Below are positions 17,619 through 28,930 of a DNA stretch of 32,000 nt, one piece after another; the stretch's first letter is position 1; the number at the start of each line of letters is the position of its first letter. Location of the stretch: NCBI RefSeq assembly GCF_042660085.1, contig NZ_JBHSTI010000008.1, forward strand, positions 360,001 through 392,000, given 5' to 3'. Both the position numbers and the translations under genes were made by a program. Source of the stretch: Longivirga aurantiaca (GTDB lineage: Bacteria; Actinomycetota; Actinomycetes; S36-B12; CAIYMF01). The notes beneath the pieces are model-generated. The model was not told the DNA's origin. It was given only the letters and a program-made list of their open reading frames with translations, and did no database searches.

Positions 17619-17942
17619 ATGATCTGCTGCCAGTTCATCTTCATGCCCGGCCAGTACGACGACGAGTTCCATCGGCTCGACGGCGAGATCGAGGCCTTCG
17701 CGCGCAGCCTGCCGGGGTTCGATCGGGTGGAGACCTGGCAGTCGGCCGACGGCCGCACCGTGAATGCGACGTACTACTTCGCGAACCGCGCGGCGCTCGC
17801 CGAGCTCTCCTCGTTCCCGCTGCACCTCGAGGCGAAGGGCAAGGTCGCCCGCTGGTCCGACGGCTACCGCATCGTCGCGAGCGAGGTCGACGGCCTGGCC
17901 GCGATGGGGCTCAGCCCGGGCGGTCGGTGGCGCTGCGAGTGA
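17619..17942 (+). CDS. ABM (antibiotic biosynthesis monooxygenase-like, ferredoxin-fold) family protein
   Basis: GGAGG at 17609-17613 is 5-6 nt before the ATG at 17619. FMPGQYDDEF...LPGFDRVETWQSADGRTVNATYYFANRAALAELSSFPLHLEAK fits the ABM/Dabb pattern. Confidence 0.65.
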   Translation: MICCQFIFMPGQYDDEFHRLDGEIEAFARSLPGFDRVETWQSADGRTVNATYYFANRAALAELSSFPLHLEAKGKVARWSDGYRIVASEVDGLAAMGLSPGGRWRCE

Positions 17943-19788
17943 CGTGCACGATGTCGAACAGCGCGAAGTTCCAGCCCAGCCACGGGATCGGGAATCGGGC
18001 GCGGCGGATGTGGTCGCCGGCGAACTCCGTCTCGATCCATGCCCGCATCGCGGGGTAGTGGTTGCGATGGTCGATGGCGACGGTGCGCTCGTGGTCCTGG
18101 CCGAGCTTGCGCGCCTTGGGCACCATGACGATCCGACGTAGCAGCCGGAGCAGCATGCCGGGTTCCATGGGCAGGTAGATCGTGATCGTGCCGCCCGGTC
18201 GTGTCACCCGCCTCCACTCGGAGAGCGCCCGGTGCGGATGGTGCAGGTGGGCCAGGAGGCAGGTCGCGATGACGCGGTCGAACGAGGCGTTGTCGAGCCC
18301 GCCGAGGTCCTCGGCGTCGAGCCGGGCGCGCACGACCGAACCGCCTGGCTCGACGCGGCGTACGGCGTCTCCGGCAGGCACCAGCAGGTCGGTCTCCAGG
18401 TAGGAGTCGAAGTCCCGCACGTACGCGGCGTGCTGCCCGGCGCCGGCGCCGAGCTCCAGCACCCGTCCCGAGGAGCTCGCCCTGAACGGGCGCTCCATGA
18501 GCCGGTGCACCCAGTCGGAGACGAAGCCGACGGCGCCGGTGTACATCACGGACTCGTACGCCTCGCCGTAGTAGCGGTCGAGTGAGCGCGACAGGCGCCG
18601 GTCGGTGGCGGCCGAGGCCTGCCAGACAAGGACAAGGAGCCAGCCGAGCAGCACCACGTAGAGCATCGTGTAGCGGTCGGGCAACGGTGCGGGCACCCGC
18701 GCCGGCAGCATGAGCAGCACCGTGATCAGAGTGGCGCCGGCCAGCCGCACCCGATGCCGGCCGTCGCCCACAAGGGCCAGAAGCGCGGTGACCACCCACA
18801 CTGCGTGGTGGTGCCAGGAGATAGGGGTGACCAGCACGCTCGCGAGCCCGAGGATGCCCACGGCCGCCACAGGCTGCTGCACCCGCACTGCGCGCGAGGC
18901 GCCGGTCAGCCCGAGTGCGAGTGTCAGCGCGATCAGGACGAGCCACAGCGTGCTGGCGGCTGGCGACGGCAGGCCGTCGACCAGCCCTCGCCACGACTGG
19001 TTCATGACGGAGTCGCCGAACCCGTCGATCTGCTCGTTCGTGCGGAACAGCACGAGTCGCTCGACGTATGTCGCGGTGTCGCCCCGCAGGACAACAGCAG
19101 CCAGCAGCCAGCAGCCGGCCGTCGTCGCGAGAGCTGTGACCGCCGCGCGGTACTGGCGCGTGGCGAGCCAGTGCAGCACGAAGATGCCAGGGGTCAGCTT
19201 CACTGCCGTCGCGATGCCGACCAGGACTCCTTGCGCGCGGGGGAGGCGGCGCCCGACCACGAGGTAGTCGATGCAGCAGCCGAGCATCAGGAGCAGTCCG
19301 AGCTGTCCCAGAGCCAGGACCTCGGCGACGGGGGTGACGGTCAGCGCGACGAGGGTGAGCCCGACCACGAGGAGTGCACGCCCGAAGGCGTCCGGGGCTC
19401 GGCGCAGCAGCGGCTGTCCCGTGAGCAGGATGACGAGGGCGAGGGCGCCGGCGTTCACCACGTACGAGAGCGGGAAGAGGATCTCGAGCGGTGCCATCGT
19501 GAGCGGCGTCATGACCAGACCGCCGAAGGGCGGGTAGGTCCAGTAGCCCGGCGCGAACTTGACGTCGTACAACGGCTGCCCGGAGGAGATGACCTCGCCC
19601 GCTTGGCGGTAGACGGAGAGGTCGGACGCATCCCAGGTGATGAAGGCCCAAGCGGTGTACCACTGCATCAGGGCCGCGATGCTGGCGGCCGCGGTCAGGA
19701 CGAGGATCACGCTGACGACGAGGAGCTTCGAGTCGCGGGCATCCTCGGCGCGGACGGCAGGCGTCTGCTGTACCCCGCTGAGAGTCAT
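17911..19788 (-). CDS. Fusion protein: N-terminal GT87/DUF2029 polytopic (GT-C type) glycosyl/mannosyltransferase, C-terminal class I SAM-dependent methyltransferase
   Basis: ATG at 19788 (MTLSGV...). About 400 aa with at least 10 TM spans carry DUF2029 hallmarks (WDASDLSVYRQAG, YPPFGGL, AVKLTPGIF). The last ~229 aa (about 17914-18600) carry SAM motif I VLELGAGAG and the downstream FDRVIATCLLAHL...RPGGTITIY. Confidence 0.8.
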   Translation of the reverse strand: MTLSGVQQTPAVRAEDARDSKLLVVSVILVLTAAASIAALMQWYTAWAFITWDASDLSVYRQAGEVISSGQPLYDVKFAPGYWTYPPFGGLVMTPLTMAPLEILFPLSYVVNAGALALVILLTGQPLLRRAPDAFGRALLVVGLTLVALTVTPVAEVLALGQLGLLLMLGCCIDYLVVGRRLPRAQGVLVGIATAVKLTPGIFVLHWLATRQYRAAVTALATTAGCWLLAAVVLRGDTATYVERLVLFRTNEQIDGFGDSVMNQSWRGLVDGLPSPAASTLWLVLIALTLALGLTGASRAVRVQQPVAAVGILGLASVLVTPISWHHHAVWVVTALLALVGDGRHRVRLAGATLITVLLMLPARVPAPLPDRYTMLYVVLLGWLLVLVWQASAATDRRLSRSLDRYYGEAYESVMYTGAVGFVSDWVHRLMERPFRASSSGRVLELGAGAGQHAAYVRDFDSYLETDLLVPAGDAVRRVEPGGSVVRARLDAEDLGGLDNASFDRVIATCLLAHLHHPHRALSEWRRVTRPGGTITIYLPMEPGMLLRLLRRIVMVPKARKLGQDHERTVAIDHRNHYPAMRAWIETEFAGDHIRRARFPIPWLGWNFALFDIVHVTRSATDRPG

Positions 19789-20012
19789 GCCGTCCTTCGT
19801 CCGCCGCCCGATGGTCACAGGATGTAGTGGGGCGGGTGGTCGCTTCGTCGGCCGAACGGCTGATTCGTCGCCGCATGAAGGCGATCCCCGCACACCCCGG
19901 GCACATCGCGGCGCGTGACGAGCACCGGATGGCCCAGCGAACGGCAGAGGCTTGCCCTCGACCGTTCAGTGGACCGGGGGCGCCCGAGCGTGCGCTGGGT
20001 GAGGATGGGGAG

Positions 20013-22037
<2,025 letters not shown>

Positions 22038-22082
22038 GCGATCAGGCTGGACGCAAGCCTGTAATGAAGTAATCATGCTTGC

Positions 22083-22592
22083 ATGACAACAGAGGAGATC
22101 CGGGGCTGGCTCGTGGGCCGGCTCCCGCAGGACTGGTTCGACGGCACCCCCGAGGTGACGATCGACCGCGAGGAGATCACCGTCGTCGGCACCCTCACGG
22201 TGCCCGACCTCCCCGACACCGCGTCCGACGCCGAGCGCGCAGCCGCTCGTCGCGGCCGGGTGAAGGGCTTCCGCGAGGACACCCGCGATAAGCGCATCGA
22301 GATCGCGCGCGAGATCGAGCACCGCACGGACCGCAAGGTGGCGTGGGGCGTGAAGGTCGGCGACGAGCAGGTGCTGTTCACGCACCTCGCCGTGCCGGTG
22401 ATGACGCGGCTGCGTCAGCCGGAGCGCGCGGTGCTCGACACCCTGGTCGACGCCGGCGTGGCACGCTCGCGCGCCGAGGCGCTGGCCTGGTGCGTGAAGC
22501 TCGTGGGCAAGAACGCCGACGACTGGCTCGGCCAGCTGCGGTCGGCGATGGAGGAGGTCGAGCGCGTGCGCGCGACCGGCCCGACCAGCTAG
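22083..22592 (+). CDS. Conserved hypothetical protein with a C-terminal ribbon-helix-helix-like segment
   Basis: 169-aa ORF with high GC3. VMTRLRQPERAVLDTLVDAGVARSRAEALAWCVKLV has the strand-helix-helix pattern of CopG/RHH domains. The N-terminal ~110 aa are unassigned. Confidence 0.6.
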   Translation: MTTEEIRGWLVGRLPQDWFDGTPEVTIDREEITVVGTLTVPDLPDTASDAERAAARRGRVKGFREDTRDKRIEIAREIEHRTDRKVAWGVKVGDEQVLFTHLAVPVMTRLRQPERAVLDTLVDAGVARSRAEALAWCVKLVGKNADDWLGQLRSAMEEVERVRATGPTS

Positions 22593-22603
22593 ACCCGTTC
22601 GAC

Positions 22604-22641
22604 ACGACGGCGCCCGCACCGAGAGGTGCGGGCGCCGTCGT
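22604..22641. terminator. Bidirectional terminator hairpin between the hypothetical gene (+) and hemolysin-III (-)
   Basis: Perfect 17-bp stem ACGACGGCGCCCGCACC-gaga-GGTGCGGGCGCCGTCGT. Confidence 0.8.
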
Positions 22642-22653
22642 CGTACGTGCGCG

Positions 22654-23325
22654 TCAGCGGGTGGAGTACAGGACCAGCGAGACGGCGATGTACTGGGTGA
22701 TGAAGCCCGCGAGCGTCAGCGCGTGGAAGATCTCGTGGAAGCCGAACCAGGTCGGCGACGGGTTGGGCCGCTTGAGCGCGTAGACGATGCCGCCTGCGGA
22801 GTAGCAGAGGCCGCCGACCGCCAGCAGGATCACGACGGCCGGTCCGCCCGCGGCCCAGAACGCCGGCAGGTAGAAGACCGCGACCCAGCCGAGCGCGATG
22901 TAGATCGGCGTGTAGAGCCAGCGCGGGGCGCCGACCCAGAACACGCGGAACAGCACGCCGAGGATCGCGCCCGTCCAGACGAGGATCAGCAGCGTGCGCT
23001 CCTGCTCCCACGGCAGCAGCACCACCGCGAACGGCGTATAGCTGCCCGCGATGATGAGGAAGATGTTCGAGTGGTCGAGGCGCTTGAGCAGCACCGTGAC
23101 CCGCGGGCTCCAGGTGAAGCGGTGGTAGACCGCGCTCGTGCCGAAGAGCATCACGGCGGTGATCGAGTAGAGCGCGGCGGCCCAGCGGTACTCCGCGGGC
23201 GTCAGCGCCACCAGCACGATGCCCAGCACGAGCGCGACCGGGGCCATGCCGGCGTGCAGCCAGCCGCGCAGGTGCGGCTTCTCCGGGGCGGCGGCAGGGG
23301 CGACGGAGGTGTCAGCGGCGTTCAC
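22654..23325 (-). CDS. Hemolysin III / PAQR family membrane protein (Rv1085c-like)
   Basis: Motifs LRGWLH, SAVYHRF, LDHSNIFLIIAGSYTP and FHEIFHALT; seven TM spans. GTG at 23325. The rest of track ORF 22654..24087 is an antisense extension. Confidence 0.88.
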   Translation of the reverse strand: MNAADTSVAPAAAPEKPHLRGWLHAGMAPVALVLGIVLVALTPAEYRWAAALYSITAVMLFGTSAVYHRFTWSPRVTVLLKRLDHSNIFLIIAGSYTPFAVVLLPWEQERTLLILVWTGAILGVLFRVFWVGAPRWLYTPIYIALGWVAVFYLPAFWAAGGPAVVILLAVGGLCYSAGGIVYALKRPNPSPTWFGFHEIFHALTLAGFITQYIAVSLVLYSTR

Positions 23326-23336
23326 TACTAGAGCGT

Positions 23337-23356
23337 AACCTACGCAACCGTAGGTT
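23337..23356. promoter_or_regulatory. Perfect inverted repeat AACCTACG-caac-CGTAGGTT in the hlyIII / prenyl-synthase divergent region
   Basis: Read directly; 8-bp arms with a 4-nt spacer, 12 nt upstream of the hlyIII GTG. Confidence 0.35.
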
Positions 23357-23428
23357 GGCACGTGGCGGGGGCCGCGCTGATCGCCACGCACGGGGTGCCG
23401 CCCTGCGGCCGGCAGGGGAGACCCGACC

Positions 23429-24295
23429 GTGTCCCGGCAGTCCCCCGTACGCGACTCGGACGCGGGTACCCTCGCGCATGGACGTCCGACCGCAGGGTCG
23501 GGCGTCGACCTCACAGGAAGGGCGCGAGCTGCGGTGGCGCTGAGCGATGTCCTGTACGGCGTGTACGAGCGCCGGCTCGTCGCCTCGCTGGACCGCACCA
23601 GGATCCCGCGGCACGTCGGCGTCATCCTCGACGGAAACCGGCGCTGGGCGGCCGACCAGGGCTCGAGCACGGCGCACGGGCATCGCGCCGGTGCCGCCAA
23701 GATCGAGGACCTCCTCGGCTGGTGCGAGGAGGTCGACGTCGAGGTCGTCACGCTGTGGCTGCTCTCGACCGACAACCTCGAGCGCCCGGCCGGCGAGCTC
23801 GACCCGCTCCTCGCGATCATCGAGGAGACCGTGACGGGCCTGGCCTCGCACGGCACCTGGCGGATCCACCCCGTCGGCGCGCTCGACCTCCTGCCCGCGC
23901 ACACCGCCGAGGTCCTCAAGAAGGCCGAGTCGGACACCTCCACGCGCAGCGGCATCATCGTGAACGTCGCGGTCGGGTACGGCGGGCGGCGCGAGGTCGT
24001 CGACGCCGTCCGCGCCCTGCTCGCCGAGCACGCGGCACGCGGCACCACCCTCGACGACCTGGCCGCCGCGGTCGACGTCGAGCACATCGCCGAGCACCTC
24101 TACACCGCCGGCCAGCCCGACCCCGACCTCGTCATCCGCACCTCGGGGGAGCAGCGGCTGTCGGGGTTCCTGCTCTGGCAGAGCGCGCACACCGAGCTGT
24201 ACTTCTGCGAGGCCTACTGGCCCGACTTCCGCAAGGTCGACTTCCTGCGCGCGCTGCGCGCCTACGCCGCACGCGGCCGCCGCTTCGGCTCCTGA
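23429..24295 (+). CDS. uppS: Cis (Z)-prenyl diphosphate synthase, short-chain Z-FPP synthase type (Rv1086-like)
   Basis: IPRHVGVILDGNRRWA, LWLLSTDNLERP, VAVGYGGRREVVDAV and DPDLVIRTSGEQRLSGFLLWQSA closely parallel M. tuberculosis Rv1086. The real start may be the GTG at 23534 (VALSDVLYGVYERRL). Confidence 0.9.
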   Translation: MSRQSPVRDSDAGTLAHGRPTAGSGVDLTGRARAAVALSDVLYGVYERRLVASLDRTRIPRHVGVILDGNRRWAADQGSSTAHGHRAGAAKIEDLLGWCEEVDVEVVTLWLLSTDNLERPAGELDPLLAIIEETVTGLASHGTWRIHPVGALDLLPAHTAEVLKKAESDTSTRSGIIVNVAVGYGGRREVVDAVRALLAEHAARGTTLDDLAAAVDVEHIAEHLYTAGQPDPDLVIRTSGEQRLSGFLLWQSAHTELYFCEAYWPDFRKVDFLRALRAYAARGRRFGS

Positions 24296-24576
24296 GCCGC
24301 CTCCGGCGTGGTGAAGGCCGGGAATGGTGCGCTCATAGCAGCGAAGTCCCCTACCGGGCGAGGGCTTCGCCCATCGTCGCCCGGCGGGGGCCCACCCTTC
24401 ATCGCATACAGAGGGGCGGGGTGGAGGGCGCGTAACCCGGTGTTCGCACGGGTTCGGCCGGTGGGCGGACATCGACCCCCGCGCACGGCGTGTCGGGACG
24501 GGAACGGCTCGGAGCAGGCATAGCGTCGCAGTCATTCGGGCTGCCGCCCGGGCGGCCCGCCTTCGGGGAGGCCCTT

Positions 24577-25908
24577 GTGCCCAACGCGAGCCAGAGCCCG
24601 TCGTCCACCCCCGCCACCGGTGTCCGCACCCACGTCCTCGACACCTCGGTGCTGCTCTCGGATCCGCACGCGATCCTGCGCTTCGCCGAGCACGAGGTCG
24701 TCATCCCGGTCGTCGTGGTGGTGGAGCTCGAGGCCAAACGCTCGCACCCCGAGCTCGGGTACTTCGCCCGGCAGGCGCTGCGCCTGCTCGACGACCTGCG
24801 CGTGAAGCACGGCCGGCTCGACGACCCGATGCCCGTCGGGGATCGCGGCGGCACGCTCCGCGTCGAGCTCAACCACTCCGACGTCTCGGTGCTGCCCAAG
24901 GGGATGCAGCTCGCCGACAACGACACGCGCATCCTGGCCGTCGCCAAGAACCTCGCCGCCGACGGCCGCGACGTCGTGCTCGTCAGCAAGGACCTGCCGA
25001 TGCGCGTCAAGGCCTCGGCGGTCGGACTGGCCGCCGAGGAGTACCGCGCGGAGACGGTGGTCGAGACCGGCTGGACCGGCATGACCGAGCTCGACGTGCC
25101 GGGCACCGTGGTCGACGCCCTGTACGAGGAGGACCGGATCGACCTCGAGGAGGCGCGCGAGCTCCCGTGCCACACGGGTCTCGTGCTGGTCTCCGAGCGA
25201 GGCAGCGCCCTCGGCCGAGTCACGGCCGACAAGCAGGTGCGCCTCGTGCGCGGCGACCGCGAGGCCTTCGGGCTGCACGGTCGCAGCGCCGAGCAGCGCG
25301 TGGCCCTCGACATCCTCCTCGACCCCGAGGTCGGGATCATCTCCCTCGGCGGACGGGCCGGCACCGGCAAGTCCGCGCTCGCCCTGTGCGCGGGCCTCGA
25401 GGCGGTGCTCGAGCGGCGCCAGCACCGCAAGGTCATCGTCTTCCGGCCGCTCTACGCAGTCGGCGGCCAGGAGCTCGGCTACCTGCCCGGCAGCGAGAGC
25501 GAGAAGATGTCGCCCTGGGGCCAGGCGGTGTTCGACACCCTCGGCGCCGTGACGACCCAGGAGGTCGTCGAGGAGGTCGTCGAGCGCGGCATGCTCGAGG
25601 TGCTCCCGCTGACCCACATCCGCGGCCGCTCGCTGCACGACGCGTTCGTCATCGTCGACGAGGCGCAGTCGCTCGAGCGCAACGTGCTGCTCACCGTGCT
25701 GTCGCGCATCGGCCGCGACTCGCGCGTCGTCCTCACCCACGACGTCGCGCAGCGCGACAACCTGCACGTCGGCCGGCACGACGGCGTCGTGGCCGTCGTC
25801 GAGAAGCTCAAGGGGCACCCGCTGTTCGCCCACATCACGCTGACCCGCAGCGAGCGGAGCCCGATCGCCGCGCTCGTCACCGAGATGCTCGAGGACCTGC
25901 CGGTCTAG
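24577..25908 (+). CDS. phoH2: PhoH2: N-terminal PIN-domain RNase fused to a PhoH-like ATPase (Rv1095-like)
   Basis: GTG at 24577 with GGGGAGG upstream. PIN acidic residues ([22 protein letters not shown]) and PhoH Walker [13 protein letters not shown]. An in-frame alternative GTG lies at 24490. Confidence 0.88.
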   Translation: MPNASQSPSSTPATGVRTHVLDTSVLLSDPHAILRFAEHEVVIPVVVVVELEAKRSHPELGYFARQALRLLDDLRVKHGRLDDPMPVGDRGGTLRVELNHSDVSVLPKGMQLADNDTRILAVAKNLAADGRDVVLVSKDLPMRVKASAVGLAAEEYRAETVVETGWTGMTELDVPGTVVDALYEEDRIDLEEARELPCHTGLVLVSERGSALGRVTADKQVRLVRGDREAFGLHGRSAEQRVALDILLDPEVGIISLGGRAGTGKSALALCAGLEAVLERRQHRKVIVFRPLYAVGGQELGYLPGSESEKMSPWGQAVFDTLGAVTTQEVVEEVVERGMLEVLPLTHIRGRSLHDAFVIVDEAQSLERNVLLTVLSRIGRDSRVVLTHDVAQRDNLHVGRHDGVVAVVEKLKGHPLFAHITLTRSERSPIAALVTEMLEDLPV

Positions 25909-26446
25909 GCCCCCACCCGGCTGCCCGACGCGGACCGTCACCCGTTCGGCGGGTGGCGGTCCGTGGTCGTCCCGAGACCCTCCGTGCGCCGGTATCCCTC
26001 GATCTGGTGTTGAGACTCCGCTCACCCGCCGCCCGTGGCTTTGTGGCGCCCGTCACAGGTTGTGTCCGATTCGCCCTAGAACTGCCCGAACATGCCCTGT
26101 GGACAAACCCTCGAGGTGACCCTGAGCACGTCCGAACGGGTTGGCGCTGTCGGAGATACCGGGCAAGGTTGATAACGAAATGATCCCGCGCCCGGGATCG
26201 AGAGGGGCCCGGAGGCCCGCGACACCACGCTCCACCGGCGTCGCAGCACCGGGCAGGTCGCACGCTGGAGCGCGACCGCTCGTCCTCCTCGCACCAGGCG
26301 CCGCCCCGGCCGTCAGGCCGCACCACCCAGGGGCCAGCTCGTCCGGCTCGCACCGAGTGTTCTCCGGTTCGCGTGCGCGTCGGACCCGTGCCAGGGATCT
26401 CACCGCGGGGACGTCCGGAGCGTCGCCGCCTGATGAAGGACTGCAT

Positions 26447-27049
26447 GTGAGCACGACCAACCTGTACGGGGATCTGCGTCGCCGCGCCAGCGTCGTCGTC
26501 GGAGCCGCCGTCACGGTGGGCCTGCTGGCGTCCGTCGCCCCCGCTCCCGTGGTGTCACCGGCCAACGCCGAGATCGGCACCACGACCACCTCCACCTCGG
26601 GCCTCGCGGCCGGCGCGGTGACGGCCACGAGCCTCACCCCCGTGATCGCGACGTCCACCACCTCCACCACGAGCCGCCTCGCGACCACGTCGCGGTCGAT
26701 CACGCGCGTCGCGGTCGTCGCGCCGTACGCGTTCGGCACCACCTCGTACAACAAGTGGTGGGCCCGCTACTACATGGTCACCAAGTACGGCTGGAAGACC
26801 ACCAGCCAGTACACGTGCCTGGTCAACCTGTGGCAGCGCGAGAGCAACTGGCGGCACACGTCGCACAACGCCTACTCCGGCGCGCACGGCATCCCGCAGG
26901 CCCTCCCGGGGTCGAAGATGGCCGTCGCCGGAGCCGACTGGCGCACCAACCCCAAGACCCAGATCCGTTGGGGCCTGTCGTACATCAAGGGCCGCTACGG
27001 CACCCCGTGCGGCGCCTGGAACGCGTTCCAGTACAAGGGCTGGTACTGA
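26447..27049 (+). CDS. Secreted protein with a C-terminal lytic-transglycosylase-like (Apf C-terminal / Streptomyces Swl-like) domain
   Basis: GTG at 26447 with GAAGGA 6 nt upstream. Signal peptide RRRASVVVGAAVTVGLLASVAPAPVVSPANA and a Thr/Ser-rich linker. The C-terminal domain reads WQRESNWRHTSHNAYSGAHGIPQALPGSKM...RWGLSYIKGRYGTPCGAWNAFQYKGWY. The upstream in-frame part of track ORF 26141..27049 has low GC3 and Arg/Pro/Gly junk composition. Confidence 0.8.
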   Translation: MSTTNLYGDLRRRASVVVGAAVTVGLLASVAPAPVVSPANAEIGTTTTSTSGLAAGAVTATSLTPVIATSTTSTTSRLATTSRSITRVAVVAPYAFGTTSYNKWWARYYMVTKYGWKTTSQYTCLVNLWQRESNWRHTSHNAYSGAHGIPQALPGSKMAVAGADWRTNPKTQIRWGLSYIKGRYGTPCGAWNAFQYKGWY

Positions 27050-27070
27050 CGCCCCGCGTCACCTGACCTG

Positions 27071-27117
27071 AACGAAGGGCCGGTATCCGTTGCACTGCAA
27101 CGGATACCGGCCCTTCG
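27071..27117. terminator. Long bidirectional terminator hairpin between the transglycosylase-like gene (+) and fumarate hydratase (-)
   Basis: ACGAAGGGCCGGTATCCGTTGCA-c-TGCAACGGATACCGGCCCTTCGT, a near 23-bp perfect palindrome. Confidence 0.85.
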
Positions 27118-27129
27118 TCGTTCGTCGGG

Positions 27130-28797
<1,668 letters not shown>

Positions 28798-28930
28798 GGG
28801 GCGAGCCTACGTCCGGGGCGTCCTGGGCGTCCGTGTCAGACCCGTCACTCCAGGGGAATGGCAGCAGTCGGGCGGTGGTTGCGGTCGTGGCGGAGTTACG
28901 CCACGCGTATCCCCCATGAGAGGCCCGTCC

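Noticed and set aside
22070-22082. Leaderless promoter call for the 22083 gene
   Set aside because: The region is AT-rich, but no hexamer matching TANNNT sits at the right distance from the ATG, so it is left uncalled.
24308-24523. 71-codon ORF upstream of phoH2 as a PhoAT-like antitoxin
   Set aside because: About a quarter of its third codon positions are A/T, against nearly none in real genes here. The product is Gly/Arg/Pro-rich and there is no SD. It is kept only as a possibility within the leader-region finding.
25990-26200. Assignment of the long leader to the ydaO (c-di-AMP) riboswitch class
   Set aside because: The genomic context fits, but I could not locate the conserved ydaO sequence blocks by eye on the coding strand. 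It is not called as a feature and needs a covariance-model scan.
26141-26446. In-frame 5' extension of the transglycosylase-like ORF, and the antisense ORF 26053..26754
   Set aside because: The extension has many A/T third positions and Arg/Pro/Gly composition with no signal peptide. A good SD plus GTG and a signal peptide begin at 26447. The antisense ORF is a shadow.
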